In this document: piece by piece, positions 7,203 to 17,213 of the stretch
Layout: each line of letters opens with the position of its first letter
How positions within the stretch are numbered: position 1 is the stretch's first letter
DNA from: a virus
Reading direction: 5' to 3' (one strand)
DNA: 64,000 bases
Virus record (IMG/VR): IMGVR_UViG_3300030390_001877
Span: 32,001-96,000 of that record
Notes under the pieces: generated by a model
What the model saw: the letters and a program-made list of their open reading frames with translations, nothing else
Databases searched by the model: none
What the model was told of the DNA's origin: nothing
Program-made: the position numbers and the translations under genes

Positions 7203-10200
7203 TTGAGTGATGACGGTTTATTTATTGGAGAACACCAGTATTGTTTAGCTAAAGAGTTTCCTGTTAAATCAGATGGAACGCAGCGTAGGTCTTGCGGTTC
7301 AAGTGACGCATTAGCTATTTATGAACATACAACTGTAGATGGTGTTACTTGGTATGATGGTACGTGTTTCTCTTGTAAACAAAAGTTTGATAGAGAAGAA
7401 GTACACTCTAGTAGTTTGTCAGGTTTTTTAGGGGTAGGAGAAGGTACTCTAGATGTAGTAGATAAAAAGGAGTTTGAAAATAAAGCTACTAAGAAGAAAA
7501 AGATTACTCGTGAAGAAGTGCAAGATCTTTGGTTGCGTACTGGAGGCAGGGAAGGTAATTCTGGTAAAGGTTATCGTGGTTTAAGTGATTGGGTGCTTAA
7601 ATTTTATGGACACAGAGTTGAGTATGATAAGCAAGGGAAGGTAAGTTCAATATATTACCCAGAGACTTCATCAGAAGATGGTAAGCTTAATGGTTATAAA
7701 TCTAGACACTTACCTAAGAAATTTGGTATAGGTAATCTAGGTAAGACAGGGGTAGTAAATCAGCTATCAGGGCAGCATAAGTTCCCTAATGGTGGGAGGT
7801 ATGCGTTAATTGCCGCTGGAGAAGAAGATAAGTGTGCTGCACAAGATATGCTACGTGAATACCAAAAGATGAAAGGACAAGAAGATTATGATCCTTATGC
7901 TGTAGTATCCCCTACAACAGGAGAACCCTCCGCAGCTAAACAATGTAGGCAACAGTATGATTGGTTTGATAAGTTTGAAGTTATAATTATTGGTATGGAT
8001 TCTGATGAAGTAGGGGAAGAAGCAGCCTTAGAGATTGCAAAAGTCTTACCAAGAGATAAAGTTAGAATAGCTAGATGGTCAGGTAAAGATCCAAACCAAA
8101 TGTTACTTGATGGTAAAAAGAAACAATTCTGGAGTGATTTCTTTGGTGCTAAGGAAGTCGTAGATAGTGGGGTATATAACGCTAATGATGACATGGTACA
8201 AGATGTAATTGATGTACTGACTACTCCTAGGATACCTTTACCTCATTTTGCTAGTAAATTAGAAGCTATGACAAAAGGATCAGGTTTGTTTACTAGGTCT
8301 ATATACTCATTAATAGGGGATACATCTGTAGGGAAGTGTCACGGAAAAGGTACAACTATTTTGATGCATGACCTTACTACTAAGAAAGTAGAAGACGTGG
8401 AGATAGGTGATCTGTTAATGGGGGATGACGGAACTAAAAGGGAAGTCAAGAAAGTACATAAAGGTTTTGATACTTTATACAATATAGAGCAATGTGATGG
8501 GGTTAATTATACTGTAAACAGTAAACATACACTATCCCTTAGAACAGGTTTTGATACTGTAATTAAAGGGTCTGACAGAAATAAAAGTAGAAGGTGTGCT
8601 GTTGATTATAAAAAAGGGCAAATTGTTAATATAGATGTACAAGATTATATTAAACTTCCTGCTTTAGCTAAAAGGTCTTTGAAAGGGTATAAAGGTTCTA
8701 TCCAAGAAGGCATAACTAGTAATATTAAACACCCTTGGTTATTAGGTATGTGGTTAGGTGATGGGCACACTAACCAAGCGAGAATAACTTTAGCTAAAAG
8801 TAATGTTGAGATCATAGATAAAATTGAAGATATAGTAAGAGAAGAGGATTATTACATAACTGTACCTCCTTCTTGTGATAGAGATACTACTTACACTTAT
8901 AGTATTGGTGGAGGTTTTAGAACTTATCTTACAAAACACTCTTTGATAGGGTTTAAGCATATCCCTAAAGATTTACTTTTAGGTAGCAGAGAAGAAAGAT
9001 TGCAACTTTTAGCAGGTATTATAGACTCAGATGGGTATCTAAATAGTAATGGTTGTTCTTATGAAGTTACTCAAAAAAGTAAAAAGTTAGCAGAAGATAT
9101 ACAAACTTTATGCAGGACTTTAGGTTATCGTTGTAGTATTAATTTGAGCAAAAAGTCTTCACAAAATGGTACAGTAGGTGAGTACCACAGAATGTGTATT
9201 ACAGGTGCTATTCACGAGATACCAGTAATCTTGTCTTATAAAAAGGCAAAAACTCAATCTGATTTACGTAAAGACAACAACACAGCTATAAAAGTGTCTT
9301 GTTTAGGTGGAGGAGATTATTATGGTTTTGAGGTAGACGGTAATCATCTATATTGTTTAGAAGATTTTACAGTGACACATAATAGTACGCACATAGATGC
9401 ATGGATATTCCATTGGATGTTTAATGTACCAGACCATAAAGTAGGTATTGTGAGTGTAGAAGCCACTAAAGGCGAGTGGGTTGCTGGTATGTTGTCTACT
9501 TATCTAGAAAATAACCTTTGGTGGATTCCTGTAGATGAGATAGAAAGTTATATGAATACTCCAGAAGTAAAAGCTAGAATTAATAACTTCTTTTACAATG
9601 AATATGGAGAAAGTAGGTTCGCTATTGTTGATGATAGGGAAGGAACAGTAGAGTCTTTGCAGAAATGTATAGACAAACTTGAGAGGCAGTACGGTTGTAC
9701 TATTATAGTGAATGATGTACTTACAGATATACTTCGTGTTGTAGATAATGAAGCTCAAGCAAGACATTTCAACTGGCAAAGTAATTTCGTTAAGAATGGT
9801 GCTACTATTTTCAATATATTACACACTCGTAAGTCAGGTGATAATCGAGGAGGAAAACCTACTTTCCCTAATGAGTTTGATGCCTACGGTAATTCTATCT
9901 TCGTCCAGAAAGCAGCAGGTAACTTTGTAATAGCCCGTAATAAAGAAGCACCTAACGATGATACTATTGAACAAAACACTACCTACTTGAGAGTACCTAA
10001 ACTTAGAAAAGGTGTTACTGGTAGTGGTGGTGCTTGGTATTATGACGGGGAAACTAGGAAGGTTTATGATCGAGATACCTACTTTAAGGATAATCCTGAA
10101 AAACTACCAACAGGTTATGACTTATCTATAAGCAGTTTTGATAGAGCCTATTGGGAAGAAGGTGGGCGTGGTTGGGATGGTGTTTCTGATAATAAAGGAG

Positions 10201-10280
10201 GTTTCACTAAAAAAGCGGTTAAAGTTGAAAAGGTAGAAAAAGATTGGGAAATAGATGTTGGAGATGGTACTAAATTCTAG
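7203..10280 (+). CDS. T7 gp4-like primase-helicase, intein-containing (mature ~676 aa)
   Basis: N-terminal Zn-binding Cys pairs; TOPRIM AGEED...GMDSD; helicase Walker A GDTSVGK|ST split by an intein; SF4 motifs IIVND and ILHTRK. Confidence 0.93.
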   Translation: MSDDGLFIGEHQYCLAKEFPVKSDGTQRRSCGSSDALAIYEHTTVDGVTWYDGTCFSCKQKFDREEVHSSSLSGFLGVGEGTLDVVDKKEFENKATKKKKITREEVQDLWLRTGGREGNSGKGYRGLSDWVLKFYGHRVEYDKQGKVSSIYYPETSSEDGKLNGYKSRHLPKKFGIGNLGKTGVVNQLSGQHKFPNGGRYALIAAGEEDKCAAQDMLREYQKMKGQEDYDPYAVVSPTTGEPSAAKQCRQQYDWFDKFEVIIIGMDSDEVGEEAALEIAKVLPRDKVRIARWSGKDPNQMLLDGKKKQFWSDFFGAKEVVDSGVYNANDDMVQDVIDVLTTPRIPLPHFASKLEAMTKGSGLFTRSIYSLIGDTSVGKCHGKGTTILMHDLTTKKVEDVEIGDLLMGDDGTKREVKKVHKGFDTLYNIEQCDGVNYTVNSKHTLSLRTGFDTVIKGSDRNKSRRCAVDYKKGQIVNIDVQDYIKLPALAKRSLKGYKGSIQEGITSNIKHPWLLGMWLGDGHTNQARITLAKSNVEIIDKIEDIVREEDYYITVPPSCDRDTTYTYSIGGGFRTYLTKHSLIGFKHIPKDLLLGSREERLQLLAGIIDSDGYLNSNGCSYEVTQKSKKLAEDIQTLCRTLGYRCSINLSKKSSQNGTVGEYHRMCITGAIHEIPVILSYKKAKTQSDLRKDNNTAIKVSCLGGGDYYGFEVDGNHLYCLEDFTVTHNSTHIDAWIFHWMFNVPDHKVGIVSVEATKGEWVAGMLSTYLENNLWWIPVDEIESYMNTPEVKARINNFFYNEYGESRFAIVDDREGTVESLQKCIDKLERQYGCTIIVNDVLTDILRVVDNEAQARHFNWQSNFVKNGATIFNILHTRKSGDNRGGKPTFPNEFDAYGNSIFVQKAAGNFVIARNKEAPNDDTIEQNTTYLRVPKLRKGVTGSGGAWYYDGETRKVYDRDTYFKDNPEKLPTGYDLSISSFDRAYWEEGGRGWDGVSDNKGGFTKKAVKVEKVEKDWEIDVGDGTKF
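8337..9383 (+). mobile_element. intein with LAGLIDADG homing endonuclease (349 aa)
   Basis: Starts C-HGKGT, ends VTHN followed by +1 Ser; block B TVNSKH; DOD blocks LLGMWLGDG and LLAGIIDSDG; block F YYGFEVDGNHLY. Confidence 0.96.
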
Positions 10281-10324
10281 TACCTCTCTTTTAAGTTAAC
10301 TCTAATGAATTTATAGGAGAAATA

Positions 10325-12655
10325 ATGCAAGCAGAGTTTTTAAAAGATAAGAGTAAATTTACAAATAGGTTGCTGCATAGTGACGTGGAAGCTAGAGGCT
10401 TTATAGATATAGTTAATAAACCTGAAGATGTGTGGTGTTTGGTTTCAAGAGATGATGAAACTGATGAGGTATTTATATTCCACGACTACCCTGAGTACGA
10501 TAACGCAGAAGTATTCGACCAAGGAGAGAAACATATTATTCCTCCTAGAACAGGAACTCTCTTAGACGGAGTTAGGTTTTGGTATCTAGCAGGTAAGAAT
10601 GGTAGTAAGCTATCTGTGCATAACTGCTTCACCTATGATAAACCTTTAATAGAAAAGATCTGGCCTAAGTGTATTATTGATGATGATGTTTGGGTAGATA
10701 CTTTTATACAAAGTAAGATTCAATATTTTGACAGACCACAACGGAAAGGAGCTAAATCTCCTCACGGTTTGTTGAATTACTCTTTGATGGAAGGTAATAA
10801 GAAACCTGAAGTAGAAGACTTTAGTATTATGAATGCTTTTATGCTACATCGTTGTATAGTAGATACTAAGACTCAGAAGTTTGCACATAACTATCTTAAA
10901 AAAGAAAGAGATATGCTTTTGAGTAAGCTTGGTATTGACATGCAAGATGCTTATAAGATGGAGGTAGAGTATACAAAAACATGTTACGAGCAAGAACAGT
11001 ACGGAGCTAAGGTAGATGTACCACATATTAAAAAATGTATTGAATATCTTGATAAAACTACCGCAGATCTAGCAAAAGATATAACACCTAAACTCCCTCC
11101 TACTATTAAGGTAAGTGGTGGCAAAGTATCTCGTGTTGAGATGGCAGGTTTGTTTGGTTATGATACATCTGGTATGAAAGATGAGATGGAAATGGTTAAG
11201 AAAGATGGTGAAATGGTTTCCCAACCAGTTAAACCTTATTATAAACCTACCACTAATTTCCATACTATTAAAAAAGTTAATCAATATTCAGGTTTTAATA
11301 TTTCCTACGGGTACAGCCCTAAGTTTACTAAAAAGAATGACCTGACTAAATGGATTAAATCTCAACACCCCAAAGGTGACACTGCAAAAGTAAAAGAGTT
11401 ATCAGACTTCGTAAAAGAATGGGAGATTGATAAAAACATTGAAGAAACTAAACTTTTAAATAAAAACACTTGTGATTATTTTGAAGTAGAACCAGAAGAT
11501 ATAGATGTTATTGCTGGTGCTCACACTAAAATTAAGTTTGTTGAAAGCTCTTTGACCCAACATGAAGTGGTAAAAGGTTATCTGATAAAAGAAGGTATAA
11601 AATTCGCAGAAGAATGGAATCTTAAGAAGGATGGTGAAGGTCAGATCATAAAAGCTGAATTTGATACTGAAGTTAGGTATCCACCTAAAGCCAGAAGAGA
11701 TCAACAAATGGTGTTGAAGATTAAAAAGGGTGATGCATTAGTAACTTCCCCTAAGTTCGGGGAAAAAGAATATGCTCAATTAGAATCAGAAGATGGTAAG
11801 AATGTAGGTATGTACAACACTTTGGTACACCGTAGGCGTTACCTTGAGAACTACAAAGACCCAGAAAATAAAGGCTTACTTTCTTACGTAAGAGAAGATG
11901 GTAGGGTTGGTGCTGGTGTTAATAACTTCAACACTGCAACTGGGCGCGCATCACACAGAAAAATTGTAAATTTGCCTGCTGATGGTGCTGTATTTGGTAA
12001 AGAAATGCGACAATGTATTGTTGCTGATGAAGGAAAAGAGTTAGTCGGTATTGACCAAAAATCTAGCCAACTTTCTATATGCGCTTTTGTAACTAACAAT
12101 ACAGATTATTATGAGGCGGTTGCGACAGGGGTAGAATTCGAAAATGATGAAAATGGAAATCCTATTTTCCATGGTTCTAGTGCTCATTGTGTGAATTCAA
12201 GATATTTTAATTTGGTAACCAAAGAAGAATGGGCAGATGCAGTAAGAACACAAAACCCAGATTTGATACATGATATTGTACTCAGACGTAAAAAATCCAA
12301 AGGATTAAGTTTCGCTTCGTTATTTGGTTGTGGTCCTGCTAAGTTAGCTTTAATGGGTGGTTTTGAAGTATCAGAAGCTAAAACAAAACTGCAAGCCTTC
12401 TTAGATAATATGGGTTTATCTGAGGTAATAAAATTTCTAGAAGTATGTAGGGAGAAATACAAAAGAGGTAAAGGTTTTTATATACCAACAGGGTTTGGGT
12501 ATTGGGTTTATTGCGGAGGTGTACATAAATCAACCAACTACCTGATCCAGTCGCTAGAAGGAGTGGTGCAAAAGAAAGCAGTTGAAATAATGAAACAGAG
12601 GTTTATAGAAAAAGGTTATTGGGGAAAAAGCGTTAATAAAATACTTGATATGCAT
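10325..12655 (+). CDS. family A DNA polymerase, exon 1 (spliced product 844 aa)
   Basis: Exo I SDVE, Exo II HN..YD, Exo III HRC.VD; motif A IDQKSSQL; motif B RKKSKGLSFASLFG; ends at the H of motif C. Confidence 0.93.
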
Positions 12656-12961
12656 AAATATTGTGCCTTCTAACCGTGAGGTTAGTCGAATAACTCCGTT
12701 AATTACTGGAAACCTTAACTAGATTTGTTAATATTATCGTGAGATAAATTTAACATGTTTGTAGAAGGTGATCAGAAGCCACACTGTTCTTACAGTAGGT
12801 TCAGAGACTATCGAAAGCGTATGTATCAATGGAAGATACTATATACAGCAAGTAGAGTAGGGTTCAAGCGAATTCGAAAATGGAGCATCTTAGTTAAGAT
12901 GATTATATAGTCCGACTCTGTTAGAAATAACAGGAGATTTAGCGAGTCTCATAAGTAGGTG
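12656..12961 (+). mobile_element. group I intron, ORF-less (306 nt), in DNA polymerase motif C
   Basis: P1 GCAU/GUGC with U.G at the 5' splice site; P7 GAGACUA/UAGUCC; terminal G at 12961; splicing restores MH|DEVLL. Confidence 0.92.
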
Positions 12962-13165
12962 GATGAAGTATTATTAGAAGTAGATAAAGGTATGGGTGTT
13001 GAGGTAGGCAAAATCGCTTGTGAAGCTTACACTCAAGCTGGAGTGGAATTAAATAAATGGTATAAAGAAAATTTACATTTATATCCTGCAGGCGGTACAC
13101 CTAAGATTACCTGTGATTTTGCAGGAGGTTATGCTGTTGGGGTAGACTACGCAAGTTGCCATTGA
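12962..13165 (+). CDS. family A DNA polymerase, exon 2
   Basis: DEVLLEV...GVDYASCH, the typical PolA C-terminus. Confidence 0.92.
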   Translation, partial: DEVLLEVDKGMGVEVGKIACEAYTQAGVELNKWYKENLHLYPAGGTPKITCDFAGGYAVGVDYASCH

Positions 13166-13185
13166 TTTTTAATAAGGAGTATACT

Positions 13186-13992
13186 ATGAGAAAAAGAAAG
13201 TACGGAGAAGGTTACACAGCAATAGGTAATTATGGAGAATTTACAGTAATATCTTATTTGAATAAAAATGAAGTATTGATACGTTTCAATGAAACGGGTT
13301 ATGAAGTTTGGTGTGCATCTAATAATGTAGCTAAAGGTACAGTAAGAGATCCTTACTTTAAGTCTGTCTATGGGGTAGGTTATATAGGAGACACTGCAAC
13401 ATCTAATAGGGTAGGGGATAAAAATATACTTAAAACTTCTTACAATACTTGGCACGATATGCTAAGACGTTGTTACGCAAACAACGAAGGTAAAATGAAA
13501 ACATATGAGAATTGTGATGTGTGTGACGATTGGTTGTGTTATGCTACATATGAAAGGTGGTTTGATGATAACTATATTGAAGGTTTTCAGGTAGATAAAG
13601 ATTTCTTAAAATTAGGTAACAGAACATATTCTCCTGAAAATTGTGTTTTTCTTCCTAGAGAGATAAATGCTACTATAGGCTTTAAGACTAATAATACCAC
13701 CCGACAAGAGGATTACAAGGACTTACCAGTTGGAGTATCTTTTCATAAAAGAGATGAAGTATATACCGCTAGATGTTGGTGCGATGGAAAACTAAAATCT
13801 TTAGGTTACCACAAAACACCTGATTTAGCTTTTAGCTCTTATAAAAAATTCAAAGAAGATAAATTGAAAAGCTTAGCTGAGTTTTACTTTTCTGAAGGTA
13901 AGATTTGTCAAGAAGTTTACAATAATTTAAAAAATTATGTTGTATATCCAGAAGGTCATGCTTATTACCTGAAAAACTACAACATACAATAA
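13186..13992 (+). CDS. free-standing HNH (beta-beta-alpha-Me) homing endonuclease with AP2-like C-terminal domain
   Basis: W..MLRRCY; VDKD...N.TYSPENCVFLP.EIN; C-terminal GVSFHK...Y.AR...LGY; AAGGAG SD before ATG 13186. Confidence 0.85.
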   Translation: MRKRKYGEGYTAIGNYGEFTVISYLNKNEVLIRFNETGYEVWCASNNVAKGTVRDPYFKSVYGVGYIGDTATSNRVGDKNILKTSYNTWHDMLRRCYANNEGKMKTYENCDVCDDWLCYATYERWFDDNYIEGFQVDKDFLKLGNRTYSPENCVFLPREINATIGFKTNNTTRQEDYKDLPVGVSFHKRDEVYTARCWCDGKLKSLGYHKTPDLAFSSYKKFKEDKLKSLAEFYFSEGKICQEVYNNLKNYVVYPEGHAYYLKNYNIQ

Positions 13993-13993
13993 A

Positions 13994-14107
13994 CCCGCCC
14001 TCCCTACGAGGGCAACCCTCCCCAAAAAGAATACCTCTCCTAAAAGTATCCCCCCAAATAATCCCCTTTATTACAAAATTCCCCTTGACAAATAATACCC
14101 TCTCCCC
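13994..14107. repeat. C-tract cluster (G-tracts on minus strand)
   Basis: Ten runs of 3-6 C within 114 nt of an AT-rich genome. Confidence 0.7.
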
Positions 14108-14113
14108 TAATAT
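14085..14113 (+). promoter_or_regulatory. sigma70-like promoter
   Basis: TTGACA-N17-TAATAT. Confidence 0.75.
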
Positions 14114-14165
14114 CTCCTTATCGAAACAGAATGTTTCAAATTAAAAACTTTAGGAGAACTACCTT

Positions 14166-14465
14166 ATGAATAAATATTACGATAACCAAACTAACAACTT
14201 TCCAGAAGTATCTGACCCTCTTGAAGCAGTACATCTTATTCAAAAGGTGCTACCTTCCTTACAAAGAATTTCTTCTGCAATGTATACTCTAGGGTTGCCC
14301 GTTTCTGATGATCTAGATTCTATTTGTGCAGAGATAGAACATTTATCTAAACAAGCTGCAGATGGTATTTGCAGAGAGTCTACTGAAAGATTAAATGATA
14401 TTCAGGAAACTAACAGTAAGTTGATAGGTGCTTTGTTTCAAAATATCCTTGAGGAGGGTAAATAA
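14166..14465 (+). CDS. hypothetical protein
   Basis: 99 aa; AGGAG SD. Confidence 0.75.
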   Translation: MNKYYDNQTNNFPEVSDPLEAVHLIQKVLPSLQRISSAMYTLGLPVSDDLDSICAEIEHLSKQAADGICRESTERLNDIQETNSKLIGALFQNILEEGK

Positions 14466-14466
14466 T

Positions 14467-14784
14467 ATGAATTGCATTGTAATACCTATACAAACTTATC
14501 AATCCGAAGAGTATCAGGAACTCCTTCGTTCTATCGAACCTGAGAATTTATACGACCTGCGCGATAAACTGTCTGCAAAAGGATACGAAATACCTATACA
14601 CCAACCTACTGGATCAATCAGGAACACTCCTCCTATAAACTGGGAGCTTGCTAAACGTTCAGATTTAATACCTGTATACGATTACCAGACTGAGAAATAC
14701 CTTATTGTAAAGGATCGTTATGTAGGTAAATGTTGTTGGATGAATAAATCTGATTTTATTTTACTTTCTCAGAAAGGATCATAA
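14467..14784 (+). CDS. hypothetical protein
   Basis: ATG at 14467 after GAGGAGG is preferred to the longer ORF call. Confidence 0.65.
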   Translation: MNCIVIPIQTYQSEEYQELLRSIEPENLYDLRDKLSAKGYEIPIHQPTGSIRNTPPINWELAKRSDLIPVYDYQTEKYLIVKDRYVGKCCWMNKSDFILLSQKGS

Positions 14785-14787
14785 ATC

Positions 14788-14991
14788 ATGAAAGTACTAT
14801 TCCTTCTAAAAGGAAACACACCTCTTTACGAAAAGGTGCAATCTTACCACAAATGGAAATACTCTGGTAAAAGATACCTTGCTTGTATAAGTGTTATGTC
14901 AAATGGTAATTTGAAGGGGTTGTCTGTTGGAGAAGATAATGATTACTTCTTTGAATGGTTTTCTCCTAAGATGATTAATAATTTAAAATAA
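14788..14991 (+). CDS. hypothetical protein
   Basis: 67 aa, AAGGA SD. Confidence 0.65.
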   Translation: MKVLFLLKGNTPLYEKVQSYHKWKYSGKRYLACISVMSNGNLKGLSVGEDNDYFFEWFSPKMINNLK

Positions 14992-15003
14992 ATTAAAAAC
15001 CCC

Positions 15004-15081
15004 TTGACAACAACCACCCTTATGATAAGATTACCTTATATTAAAAGCTTAAAGAATACTATTTGGAGAATATTATTATGA
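15004..15081 (+). repeat. promoter-RBS cassette, copy 1
   Basis: TTGACAACAACCACCCTTATGATAAGATTACCTT (34 nt) and AATACTATTTGGAGAATATTATTATGA are identical to copy 2. Confidence 0.9.
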
Positions 15082-15344
15082 TTAAAACTAGAACATACGA
15101 CCAAACATCACAACGCTGTGCAATACTAGAATCTTTCGGGTTGAAAATACTCCACGAAGATAGTAGAGTTATTCACGAAAGTTTTCCTGAGATAGAGTTT
15201 GACTTTTCAAGTATTGACCTGACATCTGAGAAGGCTGCTCGTAATATAATGTGGTATATCATTCAAGTAACCAGTAGTGTAAGTCATTCCAAAGGAGAAG
15301 ATAATCTTCGTAAACAGTTTAATAATTTGTTGAAAGGAGAATAA
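15078..15344 (+). CDS. hypothetical protein
   Basis: ATG 15078 follows the cassette SD GGAG. Confidence 0.7.
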   Translation: MIKTRTYDQTSQRCAILESFGLKILHEDSRVIHESFPEIEFDFSSIDLTSEKAARNIMWYIIQVTSSVSHSKGEDNLRKQFNNLLKGE

Positions 15345-15346
15345 TT

Positions 15347-15553
15347 ATGTCAAAAGAATCTTTCGAAGTTTACACAATGCAATACCTAAAAGATCAAAAC
15401 TATAATGGATGTTGGAATCATATTGGGAATGGTAACACTCAAACCACGTTATATATTGAAAAGGATGGTGTAAATTTAGAATTAAATGATAAAGAGATTA
15501 ATAAAGTTTTAAAGAGTTTATCGGCTTTCAATCCTACTATTAGAGTATCTTAG
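15347..15553 (+). CDS. hypothetical protein
   Basis: 68 aa with SD. Confidence 0.65.
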   Translation: MSKESFEVYTMQYLKDQNYNGCWNHIGNGNTQTTLYIEKDGVNLELNDKEINKVLKSLSAFNPTIRVS

Positions 15554-15562
15554 GAGACTACC

Positions 15563-15964
15563 ATGCCAACATATATTATTAAATTCCCAGATCAGACACA
15601 CCTTACCAAGCCAGAACCTTGCTTATACGGTAACTATCTTTCTGATCATAAGTATAGTCAGTTTGATAGATCTATAGCTCAACAATTTACTTCCTTGGAA
15701 GATGCAACTATTGTAGCAGATATTGTTGGTGGTAAGGTTACTACGCTAGAGACATATGAAAAGTTCGAAGAAGGTAAAACTTACCTAACTATAGGTGGAG
15801 ATGAGTTCTTTGTAGAAGCTATTGTAGGTAACTGTGTACGTAATGAGAAAGGTAGCCATCGTTACAATAGACAAGACTCTATAGGTTGGTGTAATGGGCG
15901 TACTACAGGAAGTAAGTGGACTGAAAAATGTTTACGATACCCTCCAGAAGCGGTTGTAAAATAA
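15563..15964 (+). CDS. hypothetical protein
   Basis: 133 aa with SD. Confidence 0.7.
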   Translation: MPTYIIKFPDQTHLTKPEPCLYGNYLSDHKYSQFDRSIAQQFTSLEDATIVADIVGGKVTTLETYEKFEEGKTYLTIGGDEFFVEAIVGNCVRNEKGSHRYNRQDSIGWCNGRTTGSKWTEKCLRYPPEAVVK

Positions 15965-15987
15965 CTTAATTTATTTAAGTTTACCTA

Positions 15988-16057
15988 TTGACAACAACCA
16001 CCCTTATGATAAGATTACCTTGTCTTAAACAATACTATTTGGAGAATATTATTATGA
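15988..16057 (+). repeat. promoter-RBS cassette, copy 2
   Basis: Direct repeat of 15004-15081; TTGACA-N16-TAAGAT with TGn. Confidence 0.9.
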
Positions 16058-16458
16058 AACAATATATTATGATGAATAAAGAAAACAACAGAGTACTTCT
16101 AGAGTCTGATTCACTTTATAAACTCTTAAGTGGAGAGCTTGGTAATAAAGGTGTAGATAATTTTAAACCTCTCTTAGTCAAGAAAAGTTTTATAAACGTG
16201 ATCACTTCTTGGTGGAATAAATTGACTCTTACTCCTGTAAACTATTCCCTATTAGATTACGATTGGGTGGATGGTATGGTTACAGAATATGAATGGCTTT
16301 ATAGAAAGAGTACAGGGATTGTTTATAAAGTTTACAGTCCTACTTCAAAAGAGATAGTTCATAACCCTTTCATTAATATGTTTAGTCATGACGGAGAAGT
16401 TTGTATTAAGGGTATCGGTTTGTTACCTTACGAAGATTTTCTAGTTTTTAATTTTTAA
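16054..16458 (+). CDS. hypothetical protein
   Basis: True start is ATG 16054 after the cassette SD; the upstream ORF extension is promoter sequence. Confidence 0.7.
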   Translation: MKQYIMMNKENNRVLLESDSLYKLLSGELGNKGVDNFKPLLVKKSFINVITSWWNKLTLTPVNYSLLDYDWVDGMVTEYEWLYRKSTGIVYKVYSPTSKEIVHNPFINMFSHDGEVCIKGIGLLPYEDFLVFNF

Positions 16459-16470
16459 AGAGGAAGAGTC

Positions 16471-16749
16471 ATGTTTCAGCAATTACAAAGTAAGTACATC
16501 AAAGAGAATGGTAAATTTAAAGTAGTGTACTCTGTAAAAATTACCGACCCTTTTAAGAAGTTCTCCACAGATGAAATTGATTGGTATGAAGCAATAGGGT
16601 GCGGTTTTGAAAGAAGTATACCTCCTCTTGAAATAACTTCTGATGGGAAGGTAGCCTCTTGGGTAGAAGAATTAATATTACCTTCCAGTAAGGCTATACG
16701 TTACACTGAGTCACAATTAAATTTTATACTTCGTAATACAGTTTACTAG
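16471..16749 (+). CDS. hypothetical protein
   Basis: 92 aa with SD. Confidence 0.65.
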   Translation: MFQQLQSKYIKENGKFKVVYSVKITDPFKKFSTDEIDWYEAIGCGFERSIPPLEITSDGKVASWVEELILPSSKAIRYTESQLNFILRNTVY

Positions 16750-16758
16750 GAGAACAAC

Positions 16759-17043
16759 ATGAAAACACTTTTGGAATATATTAAACTTTACCCAGAATCA
16801 TTTATTGCAACAGCAACTAGACGTTCGCAAACAACACCTTCTCAGCAGAACCGTACTAATCATTTATTTTTGGCTGAGAGTATTTCTAGTAAAAAATGGG
16901 ATTATGTTGAGAGTATTATCACTATGCCAGAATATCAATCACCGTTAGACGGAGTAGTTGTTTGTTTAAATGATTTTAGTAATCTTCCTCACGATGTTTG
17001 TGTGGGTATATATGAGTCTTGGGTAGAGGGGTATATATTATGA
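16759..17043 (+). CDS. hypothetical protein
   Basis: 94 aa with AGGAG SD. Confidence 0.65.
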   Translation: MKTLLEYIKLYPESFIATATRRSQTTPSQQNRTNHLFLAESISSKKWDYVESIITMPEYQSPLDGVVVCLNDFSNLPHDVCVGIYESWVEGYIL

Positions 17044-17213
17044 AAATAGTAAACAGCTTTGATTGGGTTTTTGCTACACTAACAATCCTAATTGGAAGTT
17101 TTGTAATTATAGTAGGATCACTTCCTGCTGAATACCTATTTATACAATTAATGGTTGTACTTTTACAAACTTTTCGTGTAGGGTATACTTTCGCTAAAGA
17201 GGGTTTATTATGA
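17040..17213 (+). CDS. small membrane protein (2 TM)
   Basis: ATGA overlap; two hydrophobic stretches. Confidence 0.65.
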   Translation: MKIVNSFDWVFATLTILIGSFVIIVGSLPAEYLFIQLMVVLLQTFRVGYTFAKEGLL

